In this document: positions 1-10,719 of the stretch, piece by piece
How the letters are laid out: each line of letters begins with the position of its first letter
How positions within the stretch are numbered: position 1 is the stretch's first letter
From: an uncultured Candidatus Saccharibacteria bacterium
Lineage (GTDB): Bacteria; Patescibacteriota; Minisyncoccia; UBA6257; UBA9933
Assembly: GCA_964642155.1 (NCBI GenBank)
Contig: CAZXNT010000003.1
Location: 899 to 64,898 of the forward strand
Direction: 5' to 3'
DNA length: 64,000 nt
The notes under the pieces: model-generated
Databases searched by the model: none
Told to the model about the DNA's origin: nothing
Seen by the model: the letters and a program-made list of their open reading frames with translations, nothing else
Made by a program: the position numbers and the translations under genes

Positions 1-543
1 CCGCATAAGTCCGTGTTAAGTCCGCGTAAGTCTGCGTTTATAGCCACAATAGAATTCTTTCCGGAAGAAGGAAAATACCATTATGACGGCCATCTTGATT
101 GTAAAATTTATCTGTCGCCGACAGAAACGAAAAAATATAACGGCATCTGCCCGAAATGCGGAAAAAAATTGACAATCGGCGTAATGAATCGGGTTGATGA
201 ACTGGCTGACAGGGAAATCGGCAAAGATTTCATCCCCTATCGCAATCTTATTCCACTGGGAGAAATAATCGCCGAAGCGTTCGGCGTCGGTGAAAATACG
301 AAACAAGTCAAAAAAGAATACGAAAAATTAATAAAAACTTTCGGCAATGAATTGAAAATTCTGATGGAAACCGGAGAAAATGAATTAAAATCCGTCGCCG
401 ACCCAGCCGTAACCGAAGGCATAAAAAGAGTCCGCGAAGGCAAAGTCAAAATCCGGCCGGGCTATGATGGAGAATACGGAGAAATAAAAATTTTTACTGA
501 TGAAGAAAGAAAAGAAATTAAAAACCAAGGAAGTTTGTTTTAA
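1..543 (+). CDS. Endonuclease Q family protein (PHP + Zn finger), C-terminal part; 5' end outside window
   Basis: FFPEEGKYHYDGH, CPKCGKKLTIGV.NRV.ELADR, PGYDGEYG motifs; ends QGSLF. Confidence 0.8.
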   Translation, partial: PHKSVLSPRKSAFIATIEFFPEEGKYHYDGHLDCKIYLSPTETKKYNGICPKCGKKLTIGVMNRVDELADREIGKDFIPYRNLIPLGEIIAEAFGVGENTKQVKKEYEKLIKTFGNELKILMETGENELKSVADPAVTEGIKRVREGKVKIRPGYDGEYGEIKIFTDEERKEIKNQGSLF

Positions 544-2318
544 ACCTCAATCAACACCGGTAAAATCATTGGACGGCGTTTGGTTTTATTGTAGAGAAAC
601 TGGCCGATTTGATCGCGCATCATTCCTTTAATGTAATCCGCGTCCATTTGCTGTTGCCGCGGAATGCGGGAAATCATAAGTCTGATTTTTTTTCGCAAAT
701 CTTCAACAAGCTCCTTATTCTCTTTGAGATAAATGAAACCGCGGGAAATAATGTCCGGGTTTTTTAAAAAATGACCCGTGCGACGGTCCAAAGTGGCGAT
801 TATTACCACCATTCCTTCTTGCGCCAAAGCTCTTCTGTCGCGTAAAACCACTTCTCCGACATCGCCCACCCCCAATCCATCAACCATTACATAATAAGCC
901 TGCACTGTTTCTTCGGAAATTCGCGCCGCATTTTTTGACAATAATAAAATTTGACCGTTATCAATAATCGGAGTTTCTTCCGGCTTTAATTTTAATGACT
1001 CTTGCGCTAATTGAGCATTGCGCCACCTCATAAAATAATAGCCGTGGACCGGAGTATAAAATTTCGGCTTTACCATTTTCATCGCAATTTTAAGGTCTTC
1101 TTGAGGCGCGTGCCCACTAGAATGAATATCAACCATCCTTGAGTGATAAATTATTCCTCCTTGCCTAGCAATATCATCTAAAAGAATTTGAACGCTTCTT
1201 TCGTTTCCGGGAATAACTGATGAAGACAAAATTACCGTGTCTCCTTTTTTAATCTGGATCTGGCGATGTTCACCATTGATAATGCGCATCAAACTGGCAT
1301 TCGGCTCTCCTTGCGCGCCGGTGCACAATACGACAATTTTATCGTCGCGATATTTATTAATTTCTTCCAAGGGCGCGATAGTTTCTTTTTTAATTTTCAT
1401 ATATCCGAGGTTTTGGGCAATTTGAATATTGGCTTTCATTGAAAATCCGCTGATAAAAATTTTTCTGTTATGTTTTTCCGCGATTTTAATAATTTCTCCA
1501 AGCCTGTCCAAAAGAGAAGCAAATGTGGCAACAAAAATTCTGCCCTCAGCTTTTTTGAAAATTTTTTCTATTTCCGCTTCCACAACGCGCTCAGAAAGAG
1601 AATGTCCCTCCTTGTCAGCTCCGGTTGACTCAAGTAAAAGCGTATGAATTTTTTGCTTTCCAATTTTTTCCCAAGTATCCAAATTTTGAGGATTTCCTTC
1701 AATATCATAATCAATTCTAAAATCTCCGGGATGAACCATTTTGCCGACCGGCGTATCTAAAATCACGCCGATGCTATCGGGAATTGTATGCGCGGTGCTA
1801 AAAAATTCCACCTTGAAATTTTCCGATAATTGCCTGGTTTCGCCGTCTTTCACTATTTCAAAATTCAATTTCGGAGCATTTTGAAATTCTTCCTGCCGGC
1901 GATTAAGCATTTCCTTGTTAAGCATAGTGGTGTAAATCGGCGGATTGCCAATCTTTTCCATTATGTAAGGAACGGCGCCGATGTGGTCCAAATGGCCGTG
2001 AGTGATAATTAAAGCCCTAATATTTTTTTTCTTGCTTTCAAGATAAGAAGTATTGGGGATAATAAAATCAATGCCCGGAGTCGTTTCTTCCGGAAATTGC
2101 AAACCGGCGTCAATAATGACAATTTCATCGCCATATTCAAAAAACATCATATTACGGCCGATTTCTTCTAAGCCGCCCAAAGCCGCGAATTTAACCGTTG
2201 GCTCGGAATCAATTTTAGAGTCAATTTTGAAAGCTGGCTTAATAGGCCTCGCAAAAGAAGACCTTCTTGTTCTCGGCTCATAAGGCCGCTTTGTTTTTAT
2301 ATTGGTATTTGTTCTCAT
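540..2318 (-). CDS. rnj: Ribonuclease J
   Basis: LGGLEEIGRNM, THGHLDHIG, GAQGEP, HSSGHA, PVHG; start moved to ATG 2318 because the longer ORF overlaps a tRNA. Confidence 0.95.
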   Translation of the reverse strand: MRTNTNIKTKRPYEPRTRRSSFARPIKPAFKIDSKIDSEPTVKFAALGGLEEIGRNMMFFEYGDEIVIIDAGLQFPEETTPGIDFIIPNTSYLESKKKNIRALIITHGHLDHIGAVPYIMEKIGNPPIYTTMLNKEMLNRRQEEFQNAPKLNFEIVKDGETRQLSENFKVEFFSTAHTIPDSIGVILDTPVGKMVHPGDFRIDYDIEGNPQNLDTWEKIGKQKIHTLLLESTGADKEGHSLSERVVEAEIEKIFKKAEGRIFVATFASLLDRLGEIIKIAEKHNRKIFISGFSMKANIQIAQNLGYMKIKKETIAPLEEINKYRDDKIVVLCTGAQGEPNASLMRIINGEHRQIQIKKGDTVILSSSVIPGNERSVQILLDDIARQGGIIYHSRMVDIHSSGHAPQEDLKIAMKMVKPKFYTPVHGYYFMRWRNAQLAQESLKLKPEETPIIDNGQILLLSKNAARISEETVQAYYVMVDGLGVGDVGEVVLRDRRALAQEGMVVIIATLDRRTGHFLKNPDIISRGFIYLKENKELVEDLRKKIRLMISRIPRQQQMDADYIKGMMRDQIGQFLYNKTKRRPMILPVLIEV

Positions 2319-2338
2319 AATAAATAAATTTTTATTTG

Positions 2339-2422
2339 TGCCCCCGAGAGGATTTGAACCCCTACGACCTTGCGGCCACACGCCCCTGAAGCGCGCGCGT
2401 CTGCCAATTCCGCCACGGGGGC
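2339..2422 (-). tRNA. tRNA-Leu(CAG)
   Basis: GCCCCCG acceptor stem, GGCGGAATTGGCAGAC D-arm, TT-CAG-GG loop, long variable arm, GGTTCAAATCC; no encoded CCA. Confidence 0.93.
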
Positions 2423-2428
2423 AAATAT

Positions 2429-4117
2429 TTACTTAAACGCCCTTGTTGTTTCCACATACCATTTTTCAATATTGTTAAAACGGTCGCTGGAGAATGAAAT
2501 AAATTTTTCCTCCGGTGTTAAAGAATCAAATCTGTAAAATTTCTTTTTTCCGACATAAATGTAGTCCGGCGAATAAAGAAAAACGGCCGGATAATCCGAA
2601 GCAATCAACGATTGCAGTTTTCCCAAATCAGCGGAGCGTTTGTCATCGTTAAAATTTTCTCTTATTGATTCTATTAGTTTATCAGCTGTTTTATTTTCGT
2701 AAAGCGATAAATTAAGTCCGGGATAAAATTTTTCCGAAGAATGCCAAAATGAATATAAATCCGGGCTCTTGCCGAGAATATTTCCGAAAATAATCATTTG
2801 ATAATCTCTGGTTTTTATAATTTCATTGTTAATTTCTGATAAAGAAAGAATTGAAATATTGGCTTTCACGCCAACTTTCTCCCATTCTTGTTTTATCAAT
2901 TCGGCGGTATCAACTAAAATCTGGATTTGCGGAACAACCAGCGAAAATTCCATTTTTACCACTTCTTTGCCGATTGTTTTTTGCCTTATCCCATCTTCAT
3001 TTAACAGCCAACCGCTATCATCAAGAATTTTACCTGCCCCGTAGCCACCGCTCTGGCGAAGTGCTTCGGAGTTGGCTTCGTCAATGGAAGACGAATAAGA
3101 GTTGCTATTTTTCTTGGTTAACGGTCCCGAAATAATTGTCGCGTAACCGCTAAAAATATTTTTAACTAATTCTTCTTTATTAATTGCCAAATCTAAAGCC
3201 ATTCTAACATTTTCTTCTTTAAAAGCCGGATGAGAATAATGGTTGAAGAAAACAGCGTAATATTTCAGTGTCTTAAAAGAAAAAATTTGATGGGGAGAAA
3301 TGATTTTTTCAACATTACGACTATTAACCAACCCAAAGCCGTCAATTTCACCGTTATTAAAAGCGCTGATAATTTCATCTTCGCCAGTGTAAAAAATAAT
3401 TTTTATTTTTTTCAAATAAGGCTTATCGCCGGAATAATTATCATTGCGTTCTAAAATATAAGAATCAATAAAGCCGTCCGATTGTTTTTTAAAGCTTAAA
3501 ATTTTATACGGTCCGCTGCCAACTGGATTAATATTATAATCCGATAATTTTAAATTGGCTGCCGGAATTTTCGCGAAAATATGTTTCGGTATCGGCCTTA
3601 AATCCTCCAAGGCATTCTTGAAAAAAACGTAAGCGGTCGGCAATTTGAATTCAATTTCTCTTTCGCTTACTCTTTCAACTTTGACTCCTTGCCAATTTTG
3701 TAAAATCGGAGAATAAACATCCTGATTTTGAATGTTTTCTATGGTAAAAATAATGTCATCACTGGTGATTTTTTCGCCATCCTGCCACTTAACGCCTTCT
3801 TTTAAACGATACCGCCAAATTTTCCCGTTATTTTCAACTTTATAATTTTCCGCCAATTGACCAAGGTCGCTGAAAATCAATTTTATCAAATCACGGTCAA
3901 CGTCTCCGCTCGCCAAAACCGGATTAATAAAACTCGGCTGACCGACAATGCCTTCATTATAATTTCCGCCACTAACGGCAGTTATCTTGGTTTTTTGAAT
4001 AACAAACTCCGCCAATGCTAATGAAAATGAAATTATAAAAATTCCGGCGGCAACCAAAAAAATCAAAAGTTCTTTCCGGGAAAAAGATTTAAATAGACGA
4101 ACAAAAAAATGAATCAT
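2429..4117 (-). CDS. Peptide ABC transporter substrate-binding protein (family 5), membrane-anchored
   Basis: N-terminal TM; KWQDGEKITSDDIIFT, PVGSGPYK motifs. Confidence 0.85.
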   Translation of the reverse strand: MIHFFVRLFKSFSRKELLIFLVAAGIFIISFSLALAEFVIQKTKITAVSGGNYNEGIVGQPSFINPVLASGDVDRDLIKLIFSDLGQLAENYKVENNGKIWRYRLKEGVKWQDGEKITSDDIIFTIENIQNQDVYSPILQNWQGVKVERVSEREIEFKLPTAYVFFKNALEDLRPIPKHIFAKIPAANLKLSDYNINPVGSGPYKILSFKKQSDGFIDSYILERNDNYSGDKPYLKKIKIIFYTGEDEIISAFNNGEIDGFGLVNSRNVEKIISPHQIFSFKTLKYYAVFFNHYSHPAFKEENVRMALDLAINKEELVKNIFSGYATIISGPLTKKNSNSYSSSIDEANSEALRQSGGYGAGKILDDSGWLLNEDGIRQKTIGKEVVKMEFSLVVPQIQILVDTAELIKQEWEKVGVKANISILSLSEINNEIIKTRDYQMIIFGNILGKSPDLYSFWHSSEKFYPGLNLSLYENKTADKLIESIRENFNDDKRSADLGKLQSLIASDYPAVFLYSPDYIYVGKKKFYRFDSLTPEEKFISFSSDRFNNIEKWYVETTRAFK

Positions 4118-4173
4118 AATAAAAGTTTGAAAGCCAATAAGCTAATAAGCTTAAAAGCTAAAAAATGTATCGC

Positions 4174-4389
4174 TTATTTAAGGTAGATATTTAATAAAGA
4201 CAATGTCACAAGAGCAATGATAAAAAAAATCGTGGCGCCGAAAATTAATTTTTCCAAGCCACGGCGCGTTTGATAAAATCCTTCCTCTCCACCACCAAAA
4301 ACTCCGGAAAGACCAGAACTGCGTTCCTGAAGAAGAATTAAAACAATTAAAATAATGGATATGACTATTTGGGCTATTGAGATATACAT
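4174..4389 (-). CDS. secG: Preprotein translocase subunit SecG
   Basis: Two TMs around LLQERSSGLSGVFGG. Confidence 0.9.
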   Translation of the reverse strand: MYISIAQIVISIILIVLILLQERSSGLSGVFGGGEEGFYQTRRGLEKLIFGATIFFIIALVTLSLLNIYLK

Positions 4390-4392
4390 AAT

Positions 4393-4755
4393 TTAAACAA
4401 AACGTTTCCCTACAAAACCTAATATAAAATGAGCAACGCTTATTACAATAGTAGCATATAAAAGAGGCGTTATTCCATTAATAATAACGCTGTCAGAAAT
4501 AAAGTCAAGGAAATAAAGCATAGCAGCATTGACAAAAATTAATCCCAGCCCTAGTGTGATAATAATAAAAGGGCTTAAAACAAGCTTTATAATTGGCTTA
4601 ATAAAAATATTTATTAAAGTGAAGATGGCGGCAACAATAGAAAATTCAATCCAACCGGCCGAGATTTCAAAGCCGTCAACAAAATAAGCCACTGCGTAAA
4701 GCGCCAATGCGTTAAATAAAAACAAAAACAGTATTTTAATTGCTAATTTTGACAT
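4393..4755 (-). CDS. 4-TM phage-holin-like (YvlD-type) membrane protein
   Basis: NIFIKPIIKL..P.II.TLGL....NA motif. Confidence 0.75.
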   Translation of the reverse strand: MSKLAIKILFLFLFNALALYAVAYFVDGFEISAGWIEFSIVAAIFTLINIFIKPIIKLVLSPFIIITLGLGLIFVNAAMLYFLDFISDSVIINGITPLLYATIVISVAHFILGFVGKRFV

Positions 4756-4861
4756 AGAAGTTATCCACAGGCTTATAGCTGTTATTTTATCTATTTTAAA
4801 CTTATAATATAGATAGGTAAGAAATTTAAAAGGTCGGTTTAATTAATAATAACACAATCTA

Positions 4862-5539
4862 ATGATAATTCAAAATCTAACAGATGCAACAATAAGTTCA
4901 ATTTTTAGCGTTTGGGTTGGCGTTATCAGTTTTATTCCGTCATTAATCGGAGCGATAATAGTTTTGATTATCGGCATGATTATAGCTTCTGCCCTAAAAA
5001 CGTTAGTTGAGAAAATTTTGGACGCCGTTAAATTGGACGGCTTACTTCGCAAACTTGAGATAGAAAAATATCTTCAACGCGCTAATGTTTCTCTCAATTC
5101 AGGAAAATTTTTCGGCGCTTTGGTATATTGGTTTTTCGTGATTGTCTTTATTTTAGTAGCGGCCGATATTTTGAAATTGGAAGGTCTTTCTCAATTCTTG
5201 AGTCAAGTTGTTCTATACGCGCCGAATATTATTCTTGCGGCTTTGATAATGTTGGCAACAATTGTTGTGGCCAATTTTCTCAGGTCATTGGTTAAAGTTT
5301 CGGTATCCGGAGCAAAACTTCACGCTTCCAAATTTTTGGGAACGGCAACTTGGTGGGCTACGATAATTTTTGGTCTTTTGGCGGCCTTGATTCAACTTGG
5401 CATCGCCCCGGCACTCTTGAATACGATAATCACCGGCATAGTGGCAATGTTTGCCATCGCCGGCGGCATCGCTTTCGGATTAGGAGGAAAAGATTACGCT
5501 GCTTATCTTGTTAATAAATTGAAAGAAAGAACTGAATAA
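4862..5539 (+). CDS. TM-helix repeat protein (CmpX / mechanosensitive-channel associated)
   Basis: Repeated P.LI.A....IG units; AFGLGGKD C-terminus. Confidence 0.75.
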   Translation: MIIQNLTDATISSIFSVWVGVISFIPSLIGAIIVLIIGMIIASALKTLVEKILDAVKLDGLLRKLEIEKYLQRANVSLNSGKFFGALVYWFFVIVFILVAADILKLEGLSQFLSQVVLYAPNIILAALIMLATIVVANFLRSLVKVSVSGAKLHASKFLGTATWWATIIFGLLAALIQLGIAPALLNTIITGIVAMFAIAGGIAFGLGGKDYAAYLVNKLKERTE

Positions 5540-5548
5540 AAAACAGTT

Positions 5549-5583
5549 CAACTAAAAACTCCCTTAATGGGAGTTTTTAGTTG
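5549..5583. terminator. Hairpin, probable terminator
   Basis: CAACTAAAAACTCCC-5nt-GGGAGTTTTTAGTTG between convergent genes. Confidence 0.7.
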
Positions 5584-5584
5584 C

Positions 5585-5681
5585 TTGCAAAGCAGAAAAT
5601 TTTTTTCTGAAACCTAAACGAAAGCGCAGCCCCGCTAAGCGGGGCGTGAGCGGGTTGAATAAAAAAATTTCTGCTTTGCAA
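5585..5681. repeat. Structured dispersed repeat, copy 1
   Basis: Core TTCTGAAACCTWAACGRAAGCGCAGCCC...GGGCGTGAGCGGGTTGAA shared with 22953-23059, inside a long inverted repeat. Confidence 0.8.
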
Positions 5682-5683
5682 AA

Positions 5684-7426
5684 CTATTTAAAAAATTCCA
5701 ATAATTTCTCAAGGGGTTGAGTATTGATAATATCCCCTTTTTCCGCCCAACCGCGGCGAGCTTGGCTCACGCCATATTCCATAAAATCCATTTGTTCTTC
5801 GCGATGGCTGTCAGTATTAATAATCATTTTCACGCCCATTTGTTTGGCTTTTCTGATATTCGCGTCTTTCAAATCCAACCTATACGGACTGGCGTTAATT
5901 TCCAAAATCGTGCCGGTTTCTTTCGCGGCTTTTAAAATTTTATCAAAATCAATTTCATATTCTTCGCGCCTTTGCAAAATTCTACCGGTTGGATGCGCAA
6001 TAATGTCAACATTCGGATTTTCCATCGCTTTAATAATTCTTTCAGTCATTTTCGCCTTGGGCATTTTCATTTGAGAATGAACTCCCACAATAACATAATC
6101 AAGTTTTGCCAACGCATTGTCGCTAATGTCAATGAAACCGTCCGCCATTATGTTCGCTTCGCAACCGCACAAAATTTTCAATTTACAATTTTCAATTTTC
6201 AATTTCTGATTTAATTTATCAATATATTTTTTCTGTTCCGCTAATTGCTTTTCATCTAATCCATATTCAATCGCCAAAAATTTTGTATGGTCGGAAATTC
6301 CGATATATTCATAACCGCGCTCCATCGCCAATTCCGCATATCGCTTAATTATTTGCAAACCCGCTTCTTTTCCTTCACCCCAATGCGAATGACAATGCAA
6401 GTCGCCTTTTATGTCTTTATAATCAACGAGTTTTGGAATTTTACCCGCAAGAGCCGTTTCAATTTCTCTTTGATTTTCCCGCATTTCCGGCGGAATCCAT
6501 TGAAGTCCTAATTTTTCATAAATTTTTTTTTCGGTCTCGCCGGCAATCATTTTTGAATTGCGAAACAAACCGTATTCCGACAATTTTAATCCTTTTTTAA
6601 TGGCGATTTTTCGCAAAACAATATTATGTTCTTTTGAACCGGTAAAATATTGCAAAGCCGAACCAAAACTTTCTTTTTTCAAAACCCGCAAATCAATATC
6701 AAATCCGTCTTCCAAACGGACAGACGCTTTAGTCGGTCCCTTGCCCCAAATTTTCACGACGCCCGGCAAAGAAACAAAATAATCAATAACCGCCTTGGGT
6801 TTTGAAGAAATAACTAAAATATCGGCGTCGCCGATTGTTTCTTTCCTGCGGCGAAACGAACCGGCTTCGGAAACAAATTCCGTTTCTTTAAGATTCGCCA
6901 ATCCGGCCATAATTTTCCTGACTTTCGGCAAAATATGCCCCAATAAAAATCTACCCGCGCTTCTTTTTAAAAATTCAATGCCTTCTAAAATATTTTTTTC
7001 TGTTTTTTCGCCAAAACCTGATAATGAAGCGATTTTATGTTTTTTCGCCGCGTTTTCCAAATCGCGCAGATTTTTAATCTTTAATTTTTGATATAAAATT
7101 TTTATTTTCTTCGGACCCAATCCTTCAACTCCCAGCAGTTCTTCAATATCAACCGGCGTTTTCTTTTTGAGAGCTATGAGTTCTTTGATTTTTCCGGTTT
7201 TCAAATATTCCTCAATTTTAAAAGCAATGCCCCTGCCAACGCCGGGTATTCCCATCAGCGCTTTTAACCCGCCTTTATTGTAAATATTTTTCACATCCTC
7301 ACTTAGGGCCTCCAAATTAACCGCCACTTTTTTAAAAGCGATTGATTTGAAAGGAACCACACTTCCTTCCATGTCCAAATAATTGACGATTTCGTAGAAT
7401 ATTTTAGCAAGTTCTTGATTGATCAC
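5684..7426 (-). CDS. polX: DNA polymerase X / PHP 3'-5' exonuclease
   Basis: IPGVG and GLGPK HhH, GSFRR.KETIGDADIL, YFTGSKEHN, PHP DLHCHS and NTDSH; likely GTG start 7426. Confidence 0.92.
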   Translation of the reverse strand: MINQELAKIFYEIVNYLDMEGSVVPFKSIAFKKVAVNLEALSEDVKNIYNKGGLKALMGIPGVGRGIAFKIEEYLKTGKIKELIALKKKTPVDIEELLGVEGLGPKKIKILYQKLKIKNLRDLENAAKKHKIASLSGFGEKTEKNILEGIEFLKRSAGRFLLGHILPKVRKIMAGLANLKETEFVSEAGSFRRRKETIGDADILVISSKPKAVIDYFVSLPGVVKIWGKGPTKASVRLEDGFDIDLRVLKKESFGSALQYFTGSKEHNIVLRKIAIKKGLKLSEYGLFRNSKMIAGETEKKIYEKLGLQWIPPEMRENQREIETALAGKIPKLVDYKDIKGDLHCHSHWGEGKEAGLQIIKRYAELAMERGYEYIGISDHTKFLAIEYGLDEKQLAEQKKYIDKLNQKLKIENCKLKILCGCEANIMADGFIDISDNALAKLDYVIVGVHSQMKMPKAKMTERIIKAMENPNVDIIAHPTGRILQRREEYEIDFDKILKAAKETGTILEINASPYRLDLKDANIRKAKQMGVKMIINTDSHREEQMDFMEYGVSQARRGWAEKGDIINTQPLEKLLEFFK

Positions 7427-7500
7427 AAAGTTTAATATATCATAAAATTTAGAAGCTTTAAAATAAAATAGGGGAAACTCAAAAAAGAAAGGAGGGGGAA

Positions 7501-7773
7501 ATGTTCTCAAAAAATAAGTTAGAAAACGTCATCGTCGCTTATGATGACAAAAAAAAGTGCCCTGTATTCTTTGGATCTAAAAAAGGAAAGTTGGGACGCC
7601 GTAGCCTGGGAGATATTATCTGTTTTGAGAGTTCAGATCTTCTCAGGATTAATAACGTCTTAGACTTTGTAATTTTTGTTCATTTCTTGTTGAATATTTC
7701 TTCTGGACTACACGCCAAAGAATTCTACTGTAGTTCTGCAGGTTACGAAAATGCCTATCTTTTTTATAAGTAA
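7501..7773 (+). CDS. Hypothetical protein
   Basis: 90-aa ORF with strong SD (GGAGGGGG) filling an intergenic gap. Confidence 0.5.
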   Translation: MFSKNKLENVIVAYDDKKKCPVFFGSKKGKLGRRSLGDIICFESSDLLRINNVLDFVIFVHFLLNISSGLHAKEFYCSSAGYENAYLFYK

Positions 7774-7837
7774 GGCAAAACGCCTCGCCAAACAGACCGC
7801 CAGCCCTGATCACTTGCATATCAGGGCTTTTTATTTT

Positions 7838-10372
7838 CTATACAATTTCTATTTCTCCGCTTTTTATAACTGCTTTAACACTATCTCCTTTTGCAACTTC
7901 TCCCCTTAAAATTTTTTCCGCCAAAACAGAACGCAGTTTTTCAGAAATCACGCCGCGCAGGGGCCGGGCGCCGAAAACCGGGTCATAACCGAGTTCCGCT
8001 ATTTTACGCGTTGCTTCCTCGTCGCATGAAAAACCGATGCCCTGTTCTTCCAAACTTTTTGCCAATGATTTTAATTGGAATTTTGCGATTGCCACGATGT
8101 CCTCGCGGGAAAGATTTTTAAAAACAATTATTTGCGAAAATCGATTCAACAATTCCGGCTTGAAATATTCAGTAAGTTTTTTCTTTAATTCTTCGCTGAT
8201 TTTTTTAATATTATCGCCTGCTTCAATCCGTTCTTTGATAAAATTAGAATGGGCGTTGGAGGTGGCGATGATAATCGTATTGCTGAAATCAACCGTCCTG
8301 CCTAAACTATCGGTAAGCCGGCCATCATCAAAAACCTGCAAAAATAAATTTAAAATATCCGGATAAGCTTTTTCAAATTCATCAAGTAAAACTAAACTGA
8401 ACGGCTTTTGCATTATGGCGTCGGTAAGGCTGCCACTGATTTTTCCATCCGGCGTTCCGATAAATCTCATAATGCTTTCTTTTGTCTGATACTCTGACAT
8501 ATCAAAACGAACCATTAAATTTTCAGAGCCGAATTGTATTTTTGCCAGAATTTTTGAAAGCTCAGTCTTGCCCACGCCGGTCGGACCAACGAACAAAAAC
8601 GAGGCGATGGGTCCACCTTTGCGGCTTAATCCGCTGCGATATTCTCTTAACGCGCGGCTAACGGCTGAAACCGCCTGCTCCTGGTCAACTAAAAATTGAT
8701 GAATGATATTTTCCAAATTCAATAATTTTTTTGCTTCTTCTTTGCCCGCGCGACGCACCGGAATGTTTAATTTTCTTTCAACAACCGCGATAACATCATC
8801 TGCCTGAAGCAATCCGTCTTTGCAACTGATGGCGAACGACAAAGATTCTCTCAATAAATCCTGAGCGCTTGAAGGCAAAAGTTTCTGTCTAAAATATTTA
8901 TGGCTAAGTTCAACCGCGGCCTTAATGGCGCTGAAACTAATTGTTATTTTGTACTGTTTTTCCAAAATTAAACTGTCATACGCGAGAATTTTTATCGCAT
9001 CGTCTTCGCTTATTTCTTCAATACGAATATTTTCAAAAGCATTCGTAAAATCACTAAGCGGTTCAATAAACTGCTTAAATTCTCTCGGGTAAGTGGCGCC
9101 GATGAGCGGGAAAGCGTCGTTATTTATCACCGGCATTAAAATATCAGCCGCGTTCATTGTGTCTCCGGAAGTTTTAACTAAATTATGAATATCAGGTATG
9201 TAAAGAATAATATTCCCGGAAGAAATAATTTCTTCAACCACTTTATTGAGGCGGCTGGAAATTTCAGCAGTTGAAGCTCCGGAAATTAAATTACCTAATT
9301 GAAGCGAAACAACCCGTTTATCAAAAATTGATTCCGGAACTTCGTCTTTAATGATAGCATGCGCCAAAGCCGAAATAATGGCTTCTTTGCCGCTTCCGGG
9401 CTCGCCGACAAGCAAAGCATTCGGCTTAATGGAACGCGACAAGATATCAATTAAACGGTTATATTCCTGCTGATGGCCGATTAAAAATCCAGCTTCGCCG
9501 GCAGCAGCCATGTCGGTAAAATCAATGCTAAAACTATCAAGTGTGGGAGTTGGCCTGGAAGTCCAAGCGCGATTCATCACCCGATGCCTAATTTTTTTAG
9601 GACGCGAAGCAAAGCCGCCTAAATTTTTGGGCAAACTACTCCAAAATCCCTTTTTAAAGCGGCTGAAAATCATCGCCTTTTCCAAATCCAACGGATTAAT
9701 TTCAAAAAAAGTAAAAATTTTATTCGTCTGGGAATCATTAATTTCGCCTAAAGCCGAAAATAAATCAACCGGCTCAATAAAACGATTGTTATTGGCAATG
9801 GCGACAATAAAAGCCGCTTTTGCGATTAATTCTATTTGGAGCAATAATTCTTTTTTATCGGTTTTATTTCTTTCCGCGTCGCTTTTAATAATCGCATCCG
9901 CTTGTTTTTTCATTTCCTCAGCGTCAATATCCATCCGCGAAAGCCCGTTCTTGATTTCCGGGAGTTGAACAAGAAATTTTAACGCTTGCAGATAAAAATT
10001 ACCTCCAACCGCCGATGTTTTGTCAAAAGCCGATTCTAAAATCCTAAAACTTGCGGAAGAAAAATAACGGGCAGTATTGATATTTTCCGGCAAGATAGTT
10101 TCATGATTTTTCCGACGGCTTAAACGCGGAAAATGCCTTGTTAAGCCGATAAATGATTTTTGAGCTTGGCCCAAATGAATAATTTTGTCTCCCAAAAATA
10201 ACGCGATGAAAATTCCTATCCAAAATAATGGTTTAATGTCTGAAAATAAAAAAGTGATGCCGGCGACCGCAAAAACCGAATATGACGAATAATAAATCAA
10301 CCGCGTTAAAAAACGCGAAAAATGACTCATTTGAAAACGCAAATCTTGAAAATATAAATTATTAATATCCAT
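7838..10372 (-). CDS. ClpA/B/C-family AAA+ ATPase with N-terminal TM segments
   Basis: GEPGSGKE and GPTGVGKTEL Walker A, LLDEFEKA, FGARPLR. Confidence 0.88.
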   Translation of the reverse strand: MDINNLYFQDLRFQMSHFSRFLTRLIYYSSYSVFAVAGITFLFSDIKPLFWIGIFIALFLGDKIIHLGQAQKSFIGLTRHFPRLSRRKNHETILPENINTARYFSSASFRILESAFDKTSAVGGNFYLQALKFLVQLPEIKNGLSRMDIDAEEMKKQADAIIKSDAERNKTDKKELLLQIELIAKAAFIVAIANNNRFIEPVDLFSALGEINDSQTNKIFTFFEINPLDLEKAMIFSRFKKGFWSSLPKNLGGFASRPKKIRHRVMNRAWTSRPTPTLDSFSIDFTDMAAAGEAGFLIGHQQEYNRLIDILSRSIKPNALLVGEPGSGKEAIISALAHAIIKDEVPESIFDKRVVSLQLGNLISGASTAEISSRLNKVVEEIISSGNIILYIPDIHNLVKTSGDTMNAADILMPVINNDAFPLIGATYPREFKQFIEPLSDFTNAFENIRIEEISEDDAIKILAYDSLILEKQYKITISFSAIKAAVELSHKYFRQKLLPSSAQDLLRESLSFAISCKDGLLQADDVIAVVERKLNIPVRRAGKEEAKKLLNLENIIHQFLVDQEQAVSAVSRALREYRSGLSRKGGPIASFLFVGPTGVGKTELSKILAKIQFGSENLMVRFDMSEYQTKESIMRFIGTPDGKISGSLTDAIMQKPFSLVLLDEFEKAYPDILNLFLQVFDDGRLTDSLGRTVDFSNTIIIATSNAHSNFIKERIEAGDNIKKISEELKKKLTEYFKPELLNRFSQIIVFKNLSREDIVAIAKFQLKSLAKSLEEQGIGFSCDEEATRKIAELGYDPVFGARPLRGVISEKLRSVLAEKILRGEVAKGDSVKAVIKSGEIEIV

Positions 10373-10712
10373 ATAAAATCTTATAAATCACAAAAATCGG
10401 AAACGCCAGCCAAATCAAATATAATCCCGCTGCCGCTCCAATAATAACTAAATAAAATAATCCTCCCACAAGAAGCCTTTGCAATCTGAAAATAAATCCC
10501 AAAATATATCCCAAAACAGTTCTATCTTGATAGAGCGGATGAAAAAGATAACGCCAAGTTATTTTAAAAGCGAAAAATCTGTCAATTTTTTCAAGAAACG
10601 AAACAATAAATTGGCTGTAAACAAAAAAACTATTAATGTACCAATGGCGCAAAAACTCTTTAATGCGAAATATAGAGTGATTTAAAAGGTAAATAAACAA
10701 CATAAATTTCAC
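10362..10712 (-). CDS. Membrane protein coupled to the Clp-like ATPase
   Basis: Hydrophobic 116 aa, PLYQDRT.LG; overlaps the ATPase start. Confidence 0.65.
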   Translation of the reverse strand: MKFMLFIYLLNHSIFRIKEFLRHWYINSFFVYSQFIVSFLEKIDRFFAFKITWRYLFHPLYQDRTVLGYILGFIFRLQRLLVGGLFYLVIIGAAAGLYLIWLAFPIFVIYKILYGY

Positions 10713-10719
10713 TAACTGT

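Noticed and set aside
2319-2381. N-terminal extension of RNase J
   Set aside because: Overlaps tRNA-Leu; ATG 2318 is the plausible start
4393-4755. Prophage inferred from the holin-like gene
   Set aside because: This family is commonly chromosomal and no phage genes are adjacent
4761-4769. DnaA box TTATCCACA (also 46854) as oriC
   Set aside because: Isolated single boxes, no cluster and no dnaA/dnaN nearby
5607-5659. Hammerhead ribozyme in the structured repeat
   Set aside because: CTGAAAC does not fit CUGANGA and the three-stem core is missing
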